Origin: an uncultured Planctomycetota bacterium
Lineage (GTDB): Bacteria; Planctomycetota; CAZGEP01
Assembly: GCA_964524955.1 (NCBI GenBank)
Contig: CAZGEP010000002.1
Location: 5,591-69,590, forward strand
Direction of reading: 5' to 3'
Length of the DNA stretch: 64,000 nucleotides
Shown here one piece after another: positions 9,065-17,563 of this stretch (its first letter is position 1; each line of letters begins with the position of its first letter). The notes beneath the pieces were generated by a model. The model was given only the letters and a program-made list of their open reading frames with translations, did no database searches and had not been told where the DNA came from. The position numbers and the translations under genes are program-made.

Positions 9065-10501
9065 TTAGAAGCTGAGCGCTGTCGTAAAGAGAACGCCAAA
9101 AGCTGTGCTGGCATCTGCAGGTTTAACTGCAGCTGCTAAAGCAGCCGGAACATTCTCGCTTTCACAACCGCTTCCGGGAGCGAAAATACCGAGGTCCAGT
9201 CCCATGGACAGGTTCTCGGAGTAGGCGTAATCAACGCCAAGGTCAACTTCAAAACCGATCATGTTATCATCGGTAGCAGCACCAACAGAGTTGACCGGAA
9301 CGTCTTCATTGGTCATATCGCCGAAAACAGCGAAAAGGATGTTACCGGAGATCTTGTCGGTGAAGCTGGCGCCACCGCCGAGGCGGATGGCGTAGTAGCC
9401 GGAGGCCAGGTCGTTGCCAGTAGCATCGATGCCCATACCCAGCTGGTCATCGCCTTCAACGAGCAGTGTTTTGTCGTTGTTTTCCATCAGAGGCTGCCAG
9501 GCGGTGATCTTGTCATCGTCATCAGACTGGCCGCTTCTCAGAGCAAAGGACAGTTCAATCCAGGGTTTGTAGTTAACGCTTGCCCAGTCATAACGAGCAG
9601 CAAGGTCAACGGCCCATGCGAAAAGGTCGGCACTTTCGTAGCCACCTTCTTCGGTGGAGTTCAGCGCACCGAACTGAACCGCAACTTCACCGGTCAGTTC
9701 CAGAGCATTGCTCAGCAGGAAGTAATCAACGCCCAGACCCACGATACCGACGTAATTGTTCCAGACATCGGATGTAAATCTACGTGCTACTGAGTCATTG
9801 ATCATGCCATCGTCGGCTGCATCGGCAATAAAATCAACAACTCCGTCGGAAGCAATAACGTTTCCGTCAGCGGAAGCATCGTCATTCAGAAAACCAAAGT
9901 AGAAGTTGACCAGATTGTCAACATCTTCGCTCAGCCAGTAATCCACATTAAAACCATAGAGGTCTGTGTCGCCGGCAGCCATCGGGTGCGCTGCGGATTC
10001 CACATACTTCATAATGAAAAGGTCAATGATCAGATTCTGGTAATTCAGGGTTCCCTTGAAACCTACGGGAACGGGATCAAAATCACCGGTAATACCGGCA
10101 TTGGCTGCATCGTAACCGAGCCACATGGACATGCCGTCGCCGCGAAGGGCATAGTGCATCTTCTGCTTACCAATGGTCATGGTGAGCGGAGCATACAGGA
10201 ATTCTTTGGCCTGTACGTATGCCTGGTTGACATTCAGAACATCTGCGAAACCGCTGTTAACCAGCATATTGTTGGCGCGAAGATCAATCACGCCGAGAAC
10301 ATTGTCGGACAGCTGAAAGGTGAAATCCATTTCAGCATCCTGCCTGAGCTGGCCAAAGTCACCCCTGGCGTCGTTGTCAAGGTCATAATCCATTGTGGTG
10401 AAGGCTTCGGTAAGAAGACTACCACTGATGCCGACCTTGGCAGCGCTCGCAGGGACGATTGCCACAAGGCAAATCACTGCTGCTAATAAAAGCTTCTTCA
10501 T
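9065..10501 (-). CDS. outer-membrane beta-barrel protein / porin-like
   Basis: Start set at MKKLLLAAVICLVAIVPASA (signal peptide, GGAGAAAAAA upstream). The body alternates amphipathic and Gly/Asp/Asn-rich segments. The C-terminal residue is Phe (..TTALSF), typical of BAM substrates. Confidence 0.65.
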   Translation of the reverse strand: MKKLLLAAVICLVAIVPASAAKVGISGSLLTEAFTTMDYDLDNDARGDFGQLRQDAEMDFTFQLSDNVLGVIDLRANNMLVNSGFADVLNVNQAYVQAKEFLYAPLTMTIGKQKMHYALRGDGMSMWLGYDAANAGITGDFDPVPVGFKGTLNYQNLIIDLFIMKYVESAAHPMAAGDTDLYGFNVDYWLSEDVDNLVNFYFGFLNDDASADGNVIASDGVVDFIADAADDGMINDSVARRFTSDVWNNYVGIVGLGVDYFLLSNALELTGEVAVQFGALNSTEEGGYESADLFAWAVDLAARYDWASVNYKPWIELSFALRSGQSDDDDKITAWQPLMENNDKTLLVEGDDQLGMGIDATGNDLASGYYAIRLGGGASFTDKISGNILFAVFGDMTNEDVPVNSVGAATDDNMIGFEVDLGVDYAYSENLSMGLDLGIFAPGSGCESENVPAALAAAVKPADASTAFGVLFTTALSF

Positions 10502-11186
10502 TATTTTTTCTCCTACAATAAAAAGTGTAAAACATTTCATGTGGCAACCCGGCTGCCTTTATTCAAAAAGGCCCGTGGCTTTGCGTATCCGCTAAACATA
10601 CGGACTTGCCTTTAGCACATTTTCCACAAAAAACATTTTACTTCAAAACATCTATATTAATTTCACTCATAAAGAGCAAAACCGGTTTTTCTCTCATTAT
10701 CTATACCATCTCCTCTCAGGTTCGACAGTCCGTCATCACCTCCTTTCCTGGACCCGAATCCGCTCCTTGGCCCTTCTCAGACCATGCCTGTCGGGCACCG
10801 GCTTAATGGGGCCGTGCCGACCAGCTTTGCCGGCTGTTTTTTTTATTATATTATCGTTTTCTACTTCACATAAAAACAATACACCGGCCAGAGCACATCT
10901 CTGTTTGTTGTCCATACCAGAGAGCAGGTATGGTTAAACACAAATCTATTTTATATCAAAGATCAGATACTTTAAGGTGAAAATATATTCTATGCTTCGT
11001 AAAAGTCAACAAAAAAGTTTAAATTTATTAAACAAAACCTGTTTTGTTTTTTATAAAATATAAAACATATTCTATACTATAATCGGCGTTTGTCAAGTAA
11101 ATCTTTAATTTTTTTTACAGGGAAAGTGTAGAACCGATGCTGTATGCATCTGGTAAAACAGGCAAAAACCCTTCATTTGAACGCTT

Positions 11187-12206
11187 TTATGCGGCTCCGG
11201 CCCTGTCTCCATATTTGAGGAATGTCCTGCAGGCGATGTCCTGCCATTTGGGGTCAAGGCCAATGGACGCGTTATCGCTGTAATATCCGGCAATCAGACC
11301 GCCGCCGCCGGATCCCATCTTCTCTACCATTTCACGTGCGTCTGCCTCAATACCAGCTGAATTCCGGGTCTGGAGGGTTTTCTGGATATCCACCGGGCAC
11401 CAGAATGTGACCTGACCGTGAAACGCTGCAAGTGTATCAATGCCGTACAATTGCGGCTGATCAAACTGAAGCACGTCTATGCCGGCCTCAATCAGATCTG
11501 GAATGATATCAATATTTCGGCCACAGGAGTGCATCATTACTCTCATGTCACATTCATGAGCCGTACTGCAAAGCCGGAAAAAGAACGGTTTGAAGATCTC
11601 ACGCCACATATCCGGGGATATCATCAGGCCCTGCTGGGTTCCCCAGTCTTCGGGAAACATAATCGCATCAATGCCTGTGGTGCCGTAATTGCGGATCGCG
11701 GCTTCCATCAGTGCTGCAATACGCTCATGGAGAATGTCGATCTTGTCCCGCTCCAGGACCAGGTCCATAAAATACTGGTCAAGTTTGCGCATTTTGCGGG
11801 CAATGTTGAAGACACAGCCGGGTATTCCGCCGATCATGAACTTCTGCTCACCGGTCCGGTTGGCTTCCACTTTTTTTTTAACCGACTTGTAGTTATCGGG
11901 GTTATCGTAATCCGGCAATTCGATATCAGCAACCCTGTTGAGGTCGCTGAGGGCTCCACGGGTCACTTCTCCCTTTGAGGTCGGATCCACCCGTCCCCAT
12001 GTGTTGCCCCATTCATCGGTCATTTCCCAGCGATTCTCACCGATTTTCTGCCAGCCACGAAAGGGACTTCGGGTTAAGGAGCAGCCGGCCCTGCCGAAAT
12101 CATGCGGATAGGGCTCCGGAAAGGAACAGGGAATGCGGTCGGTATTTCGGTATTCCAGGCTTGCCTTTACAATTTCTCTGGATGTCATGAAAGCTCTCCT
12201 TTGCAA
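11187..12206 (-). CDS. uroporphyrinogen-decarboxylase (URO-D)-family protein, non-heme context
   Basis: TIM-barrel URO-D/MtaA-like pattern (..MHSCGRNIDIIPDLIEAGIDVLQFDQ.., ..GGGGLIAGYY..). 339 aa. Confidence 0.65.
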   Translation of the reverse strand: MQRRAFMTSREIVKASLEYRNTDRIPCSFPEPYPHDFGRAGCSLTRSPFRGWQKIGENRWEMTDEWGNTWGRVDPTSKGEVTRGALSDLNRVADIELPDYDNPDNYKSVKKKVEANRTGEQKFMIGGIPGCVFNIARKMRKLDQYFMDLVLERDKIDILHERIAALMEAAIRNYGTTGIDAIMFPEDWGTQQGLMISPDMWREIFKPFFFRLCSTAHECDMRVMMHSCGRNIDIIPDLIEAGIDVLQFDQPQLYGIDTLAAFHGQVTFWCPVDIQKTLQTRNSAGIEADAREMVEKMGSGGGGLIAGYYSDNASIGLDPKWQDIACRTFLKYGDRAGAA

Positions 12207-12207
12207 G

Positions 12208-13317
12208 TCAGTCCTTTTCTGCGTCCTGAATAAGTTTTTTCAGCAGATTGGCGTATTTCCGTTCATTGAGCGGCATTTCCACGGGCCTGCCCTTGAGTCC
12301 GGACATAAGCATGGCATTGGCCAGGGCAACAGAGTTGTATCCCTCGGTTGCCGGTGCGATCAGGGGTTCGCCATTCCGGATGGCATTGATAAAGTTCTGC
12401 GTAATGATTTTATGCCCGGCTTGACTTTCAGGGATATCCACCCCTGACGTTTCTGCCGTGGGAAGTCCCATTCGTTTGTCTGTTGTCCGGCTGTATTCCA
12501 GAAGGGATTCGTTGTACTTGCTCAGCATGATTTTGCCGTCTTCGACCAGAATCTTGCCGTATTCTCCGCAAATCTCCATACGGTCTGTTCCCGGTCCCTC
12601 AATGGTGTTGGTCACAAAGACGCCGGTGGCACCGTCCGGAAACTCCATTACTGCTGTAATATCGTCTTCCACTTCAATATCATGCCACCTGGCCAGCGAT
12701 GCCATGGATTGAACCCTTGCAGGCATCCCAAAAAACCACTGAAAGAGATCCAGGTTGTGCGGACACTGATTGAGCAGTACGCCGCCGCCCTCGCCCTTCC
12801 AGGTAGCTCGCCAATCCCCGGAATCATAATAGGCTTGCGATCGGAACCACTTGGTAATTATATAGTTAACGCGTATCAGCCGCCCCAGAATTTTCTGATC
12901 CATAAGCTGCTTGAGCTTTTTGTTTACCGGTGAAGTCCGAAGCTGAAACATGGCTGCATAGACCAGTCCCTGACTCTTTTCGTAGGCCTTGTTCATCTTT
13001 GCCGCATCCAGGGCATGTACTGCCACAGGTTTTTCTGTTAGTACGTGTATGCCCTTTTTGAGCGCACTGATGACAATGGGAGTGTGAAAATAATGAGGAG
13101 TCGCTACCATTACTGCATCAATCTTCGCACGTTTGAGCATTTTTTTATAGTCATAACAGGCTTTTACACCGTATTCGGCTGCCACGGCATCCACTGCCTG
13201 CTGATTGACGTCACAGGCTGCAGTAAATTCCACACCTTCCAGGTCAGCAAAGTATTTCTTGATATGATGCTTTGCCATGCCGCCTGTTCCGATCAATCCG
13301 AGTCGAACTTTATTCAT
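12208..13317 (-). CDS. Gfo/Idh/MocA-family oxidoreductase
   Basis: VRLGLIGTGGMAKHH Rossmann motif and an EKPVA box (VLTEKPVAVH). 369 aa. Confidence 0.85.
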   Translation of the reverse strand: MNKVRLGLIGTGGMAKHHIKKYFADLEGVEFTAACDVNQQAVDAVAAEYGVKACYDYKKMLKRAKIDAVMVATPHYFHTPIVISALKKGIHVLTEKPVAVHALDAAKMNKAYEKSQGLVYAAMFQLRTSPVNKKLKQLMDQKILGRLIRVNYIITKWFRSQAYYDSGDWRATWKGEGGGVLLNQCPHNLDLFQWFFGMPARVQSMASLARWHDIEVEDDITAVMEFPDGATGVFVTNTIEGPGTDRMEICGEYGKILVEDGKIMLSKYNESLLEYSRTTDKRMGLPTAETSGVDIPESQAGHKIITQNFINAIRNGEPLIAPATEGYNSVALANAMLMSGLKGRPVEMPLNERKYANLLKKLIQDAEKD

Positions 13318-13388
13318 TGCGTAACTCCTTGTGAATTAGACATTAAATAGCATAAAGAGGCTTGGTTGTCCTTAAGATATTCCATTTA

Positions 13389-14198
13389 CTACTCCTGCTT
13401 TGGCCAATTCTCTCGGATCAGCTCACAGGCTTTTTTGCTGACCTCTGTGTTGGTCAGGGAGCTGGTTTTGGGATTATGGGTTTCTATACTGACCGGCCCC
13501 TTAAGGCCCAGATCAGCGCATTTCCTGAGGATCCGCTGCCACGGAAGCGGTTGATCTGTAAGTTCGGGCACAATGCTCATTGCCTTGACATGCACCATCT
13601 TTGAACGGGGAATCAGCCGGTCCATGCAGGCATCCTCCTGATCCCGGCTCATTTCTTCCCATGAGTTGTAACAGTCCCAGGCCAGCCCCCATTCGTCTTG
13701 ATCGATTATATCCAGAAACGCCAGCACTTCATCGGGTGTAACCCCGCAATTTTCAAAGGCCAGAACCAGTCCGGCTTCTTTTGCACGGGTGAGCAGGGGT
13801 TCTGTCATGTCGGCAACCTGCTCCAGTATATCTTTTTTCCAGTGAAGTGTTCCCTGGTCTTCCGGTCCCGGCTGCCAGTAATGAAAGACCCTTACCAGCC
13901 GGCAGTCCAGGGCATCGGCGGCCCGGATAATTCCTTCGAGTTTTTCCGCCTCAGCAGCCCGACGATCCGCATCCGGCAGGTGAACTTTGGCCAGAGATGT
14001 CTGCAGCGCCCCGGTCTGAAGGTTGTTGTCCTTCATAAGTTGTTTCAAATCCTTGAGCTCCGCGTCTGAGAGCTCGTGAATCTTTTTTCCCAGTACATTG
14101 CTGCGAAAATCCGCATGCCCCAGTCCCCACTTCTTAAAAAGCAGTGCTGCTTCCTGCAAATCTTCATTCACTTCATCAGAAAATATGGATAAAAACAT
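13389..14198 (-). CDS. sugar-phosphate isomerase/epimerase (xylose-isomerase-like TIM barrel)
   Basis: 269 aa with the pattern typical of the AP-endonuclease-2/xylose-isomerase-like family (..LVLAFENCG.., ..SIETHNP..). Confidence 0.7.
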   Translation of the reverse strand: MFLSIFSDEVNEDLQEAALLFKKWGLGHADFRSNVLGKKIHELSDAELKDLKQLMKDNNLQTGALQTSLAKVHLPDADRRAAEAEKLEGIIRAADALDCRLVRVFHYWQPGPEDQGTLHWKKDILEQVADMTEPLLTRAKEAGLVLAFENCGVTPDEVLAFLDIIDQDEWGLAWDCYNSWEEMSRDQEDACMDRLIPRSKMVHVKAMSIVPELTDQPLPWQRILRKCADLGLKGPVSIETHNPKTSSLTNTEVSKKACELIRENWPKQE

Positions 14199-14452
14199 CC
14201 GCTTCCCTTCAAAACAAGTTCAAATCTCATCTGAATCACACACAACAGGAAAAAGGTTTCCTGGCCATTGAGTATGAGTATAGCACGGAAAACCGATTCT
14301 GTCTATCGCTGAATGAGCAGAAAAGTGCGGTATCCGATCATATCACCATATCCACAAGAACCCTACAATATATAAGCATATTATTTCCATTGACTTTTAT
14401 CTAAAAGGCACTTATAATATTATTTTATATATGCGCATACAGGAGAAGAGCT

Positions 14453-15301
14453 GTGTCTGATTCATGCATTGATATTCAGAATATTGCATACAAGGAAGCC
14501 GGGCCTGATTATCACACGCGTCCGCACAGAAAAAAAGATGCCCTGCAATGGTATTGCGTGGTATATGGCAGGGTGGATATGGTTGTGGATGACATCTCCA
14601 CTATTCTCAATCCCGCAGATGCGATCCTGATCCATGCGTCATCTGTACGCTCTCCCTGCTGTCTGGACAGCCAGGCGCCTGGATATCTGATATCCGATTT
14701 CATCAACCACTCCCTTGCGCTGGACTCAATCATAAATCGCAGAATTCATGTTCCAGCGGAAATCCAGCCGGATTTGCGTTCTCTTGCCCAGGAACTTCGC
14801 GGACATCCAGAACCGGATACGCTTGAACTGACCCTGGCGCTTCTGATCCGAATCCTTATCGGGCTCTGCCGCACATCAGAAACCGATTCTTCAACCACCT
14901 TATCGCTCAATGCCGGCCATCATCACGAAATCATCCGGCGGGCCGAAGTCTTTATGCGCAGAAATCTCCACCGTCCGCTTTCCCGCAGCGATATTGCCCG
15001 AAGCGTACATTTCTCCGCCCCTCATCTGGCCCGGATTTTCCGCTCACACACCGACAAAACCGTTACCGAACGCTTAACCGAACTTCGCGTCACCCGGGCC
15101 AAGCAGCTTTTGCTGGAAACCACTATGCCCATCACACAGATATGCTTTGACGTGGGATATGATTCGTTCAGCCATTTCAGTAAAGTCTTTAAGGGCCATG
15201 TCGGAGTCCGGCCGTCCGATTACCGAAAAAGCGAAGGCATGGTATGGCGAAATGAAAGCATAAAAAACAGGGATACGTTTATTGAGGATTCATCATCTTA
15301 A
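14453..15301 (+). CDS. AraC-family transcriptional regulator
   Basis: C-terminal ITQICFDVGYDSFSHFSKVFKGHVGVRPSDYRK is an AraC HTH. Divergent from the 11.2-14.2 kb catabolic genes. Confidence 0.85.
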   Translation: MSDSCIDIQNIAYKEAGPDYHTRPHRKKDALQWYCVVYGRVDMVVDDISTILNPADAILIHASSVRSPCCLDSQAPGYLISDFINHSLALDSIINRRIHVPAEIQPDLRSLAQELRGHPEPDTLELTLALLIRILIGLCRTSETDSSTTLSLNAGHHHEIIRRAEVFMRRNLHRPLSRSDIARSVHFSAPHLARIFRSHTDKTVTERLTELRVTRAKQLLLETTMPITQICFDVGYDSFSHFSKVFKGHVGVRPSDYRKSEGMVWRNESIKNRDTFIEDSSS

Positions 15302-16032
15302 AGCTGCATCAACAGCTTGATTATTTCCAGATGAACCTCCATGGTATGTGTGACAATCAATGAATTCTGCAATAGTCCGATGTGTATTCCCTTTCGTTCC
15401 CAGCTCCCCGGTCGAACGGTTGCCTTTATCTTTTCCACAATATCATCCTTATCAAGGTCTTGCTCTTCTTCCCGACCATTAAAATCCATAATCTCAACTC
15501 CGCCGCCGTCCTTGTTTCCCACAGAAGTTAAATCCATCTTCGGGGCTGGAAAGTCTTTTATTTTAATCAGATAAGGGGAAAGGTCATGTATTCGGGTAAC
15601 TGTTCTGCCAGGATATTTTTCCCTGGTTGTGATATAAACAGCACTGTCCACCAGCTTGTACTTGACATCCGCAAGTTTGCATATCCAGTCCAGCGCCACC
15701 TTGACCTTGACATTTTTCAGTGACAGGCTTATGGGCGGCGGGTTTTGTTTGTATACATCCGGGTCCACAACAATATTGATTTTTGTAATTTCCCGCAGCA
15801 GATGAATGGCATCCTTTAAGGGAGTTTCCCGAAATACAATTCCCTTACTCGTTTTTTTTGTTTTAACTATGATGTTTTTATTATGGTCTGCAGGTACAGG
15901 CGTTTCGTTTTTTTCGTTTTTTTGTTTTACACCGGATTGATTTGGCCCCGGTTCTGTCTTTCCCGTATCTTCGCTGAATACGATAGCTACGCTCAAGCAC
16001 AAAACACACAGACAAGCTGTCCGCTTTGTCAT
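15298..16032 (-). CDS. secreted protein with a secretin-N/STN-like domain pattern, no pore domain
   Basis: Signal peptide. ETPLKDAIHLLREITKINIVVDPDV...ISLSLKNVKVKVALDWICKLADVKYKLVDSAVYITT matches the pattern of N-terminal domains of secretins and STN domains. 244 aa. Pattern-based call only. Confidence 0.45.
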   Translation of the reverse strand: MTKRTACLCVLCLSVAIVFSEDTGKTEPGPNQSGVKQKNEKNETPVPADHNKNIIVKTKKTSKGIVFRETPLKDAIHLLREITKINIVVDPDVYKQNPPPISLSLKNVKVKVALDWICKLADVKYKLVDSAVYITTREKYPGRTVTRIHDLSPYLIKIKDFPAPKMDLTSVGNKDGGGVEIMDFNGREEEQDLDKDDIVEKIKATVRPGSWERKGIHIGLLQNSLIVTHTMEVHLEIIKLLMQL

Positions 16033-16071
16033 CGTTAATCTCCTTTTAATCTATGTAAGAAATGATGGGCT

Positions 16072-16509
16072 TTATTTGAGAATTGAAACAAAACAACCCG
16101 GGCCGTTTCCGCCTCGGATCTCGGTGTTGTCATCGGAAGCAAGTACTTTGGCAACATGCACGGTGACTGTGACTTCATTTTCCATGCCGTCATTTACCGT
16201 AATATAATCTTTCACGCGGTTTTCGTCACCAGCGGTATATATCAGCTCAAAGCCCTGGCTCTCGGCTTCATACGTACTTTCGCCCACAACGTTCCAAAAA
16301 TACGCACCACTGGCACTTCCCTGAGCTACAAATGTAATGGTCTGGGCCGGAAAGGCAAAAACCTCCTCCACCGGTTCACTGAGGTCTGTACCGTTTCTGG
16401 TCTTGATCACCAGATTCGATGTCTGTGCCTGGGCGGAATAAAAGGTGCAGAAAAAAAACCCCACAATTACACTAACCACAAAGGCTGTAATAATGACTCT
16501 TGTTTTCAT
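16072..16509 (-). CDS. small secreted protein: signal peptide, one Ig-like module, GCF tail
   Basis: Start set at MKTRVIITAFVVSVIVGFFFCTFYSAQAQ, because the longer ORF would overlap the upstream gene. Contains GSASGAYFWNV, similar to the G-x-x-PYSW repeats of the giant protein. Ends GGNGPGCFVSILK. Confidence 0.55.
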   Translation of the reverse strand: MKTRVIITAFVVSVIVGFFFCTFYSAQAQTSNLVIKTRNGTDLSEPVEEVFAFPAQTITFVAQGSASGAYFWNVVGESTYEAESQGFELIYTAGDENRVKDYITVNDGMENEVTVTVHVAKVLASDDNTEIRGGNGPGCFVSILK

Positions 16510-16534
16510 TGACCTGCTTGCCTCGATCAAAGGT

Positions 16535-17434
16535 TTATTCAGAGCATACACGGATAAAGCAGCCTGAGCCGCTGCCCGGCAGCTGATTGCCCTGTCTGTC
16601 TGATCCCGAAATCCTGTAAATGGTGTCATCTCCGGACTGGCCGGCAAACGTGGAAATCGCAGTTGCACTGGAAAGTTCGTTCGCGTCATACGTCGTTCCC
16701 TGCGTACTGTCTTCATTTTCCAGCCCGATCAGAGGTATGGGGCCGCCCCAGCTGTTTTCATAATCGTCGTCATCGCCTGTGTCATCTGTTTCAGAATCAT
16801 CGTCTTCATTTACCAAAGCGAAATTCGGAATATTCTTATACTGCATGGTCACATCACCGCTTTCGTGGAGAATCACCTGAAACGTCAGATAATCGTCATT
16901 GTCCCAGCCCCACCACCAGTAAAAATACCGGACTGAATCCCAGGTCACCACAAACATTTTACCGCGTTCGGCATCCTCAATGGTTTCGTATACCAGTGCA
17001 CCACCGGTAATTACCAGGTCATCCCAGTATACTGCAACAGTTGCGTGCGGTGCGCCGAGATTGGGCAGATCTCCGGGCGTAATATATGATGTAACCCCCT
17101 GCACATAATCTCCCAGCGTGAGCAGACCGTTGGATCCGATATTGACCCGGCTGTACTCCCTGCCGTAAAAATTAAATGTAAAACCAATATCAACACGAAG
17201 CTGGGCCGAATCATCGCCCAGACTGGTCAGGTTTGCATTTGGATTATAGAAAACGGGCTCTTCGTGGTCCACCCAGTCATATCCAGTAGCCTGCAGGACC
17301 ATGCTGTTTTCCTGCTCCTGCTGTTCCTCCTGCTGCTCAACGTCATCCTCTTCATTTTCAAACTGGCTGAATACAGGTCCGGAAAAGAAACAAACAATGG
17401 CCAGGGAAAGAAATAGAGTGATGTACTTTTTCAT
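16535..17434 (-). CDS. secreted acidic protein with a NIDO-like FxFxFYG...NG pattern and GCF tail
   Basis: Signal peptide MKKYITLFLSLAIVCFFSGPVFSQ. IGFTFNFYGREYSRVNIGSNGLLTLG resembles the nidogen-type motif. Two poly-acidic stretches. Ends PGSGSGCFIRVCSE. Confidence 0.6.
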   Translation of the reverse strand: MKKYITLFLSLAIVCFFSGPVFSQFENEEDDVEQQEEQQEQENSMVLQATGYDWVDHEEPVFYNPNANLTSLGDDSAQLRVDIGFTFNFYGREYSRVNIGSNGLLTLGDYVQGVTSYITPGDLPNLGAPHATVAVYWDDLVITGGALVYETIEDAERGKMFVVTWDSVRYFYWWWGWDNDDYLTFQVILHESGDVTMQYKNIPNFALVNEDDDSETDDTGDDDDYENSWGGPIPLIGLENEDSTQGTTYDANELSSATAISTFAGQSGDDTIYRISGSDRQGNQLPGSGSGCFIRVCSE

Positions 17435-17487
17435 AGTCGTATCCTCCTCAAACAGAAATTATACGGATTTCAGAAAAAAAATCAAAT

Positions 17488-17533
17488 AAAAACACAAAAA
17501 CACCTGTTGCCTTCGTGAGCAGAAGGCAACAGG
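17488..17533 (-). terminator. Rho-independent terminator downstream of the giant gene
   Basis: On the minus strand, CCTGTTGCCTTC-tgctcac-GAAGGCAACAGG (12-bp stem) followed by TGTTTTTGTGTTTTT, about 30 nt after the stop at 17564. Confidence 0.7.
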
Positions 17534-17563
17534 TATGGGTTCTGATTTTTGATCCGTCCGTGA

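Noticed and set aside
10720-10745. GTCATCACCTCCTTTCC resembles the 3' end of 16S rRNA (anti-Shine-Dalgarno)
   Set aside because: It is an isolated 12-nt match with no surrounding rRNA-like sequence. On the opposite strand it is simply a strong Shine-Dalgarno-like AAGGAGGTGAT.
10800-10846. GCCGACCAGCTTTGCCGGCTGTTTTTTTT as a plus-strand terminator or sRNA 3' end
   Set aside because: Only 4-5 bp of complementarity could be drawn, and no credible plus-strand gene or transcript precedes it.
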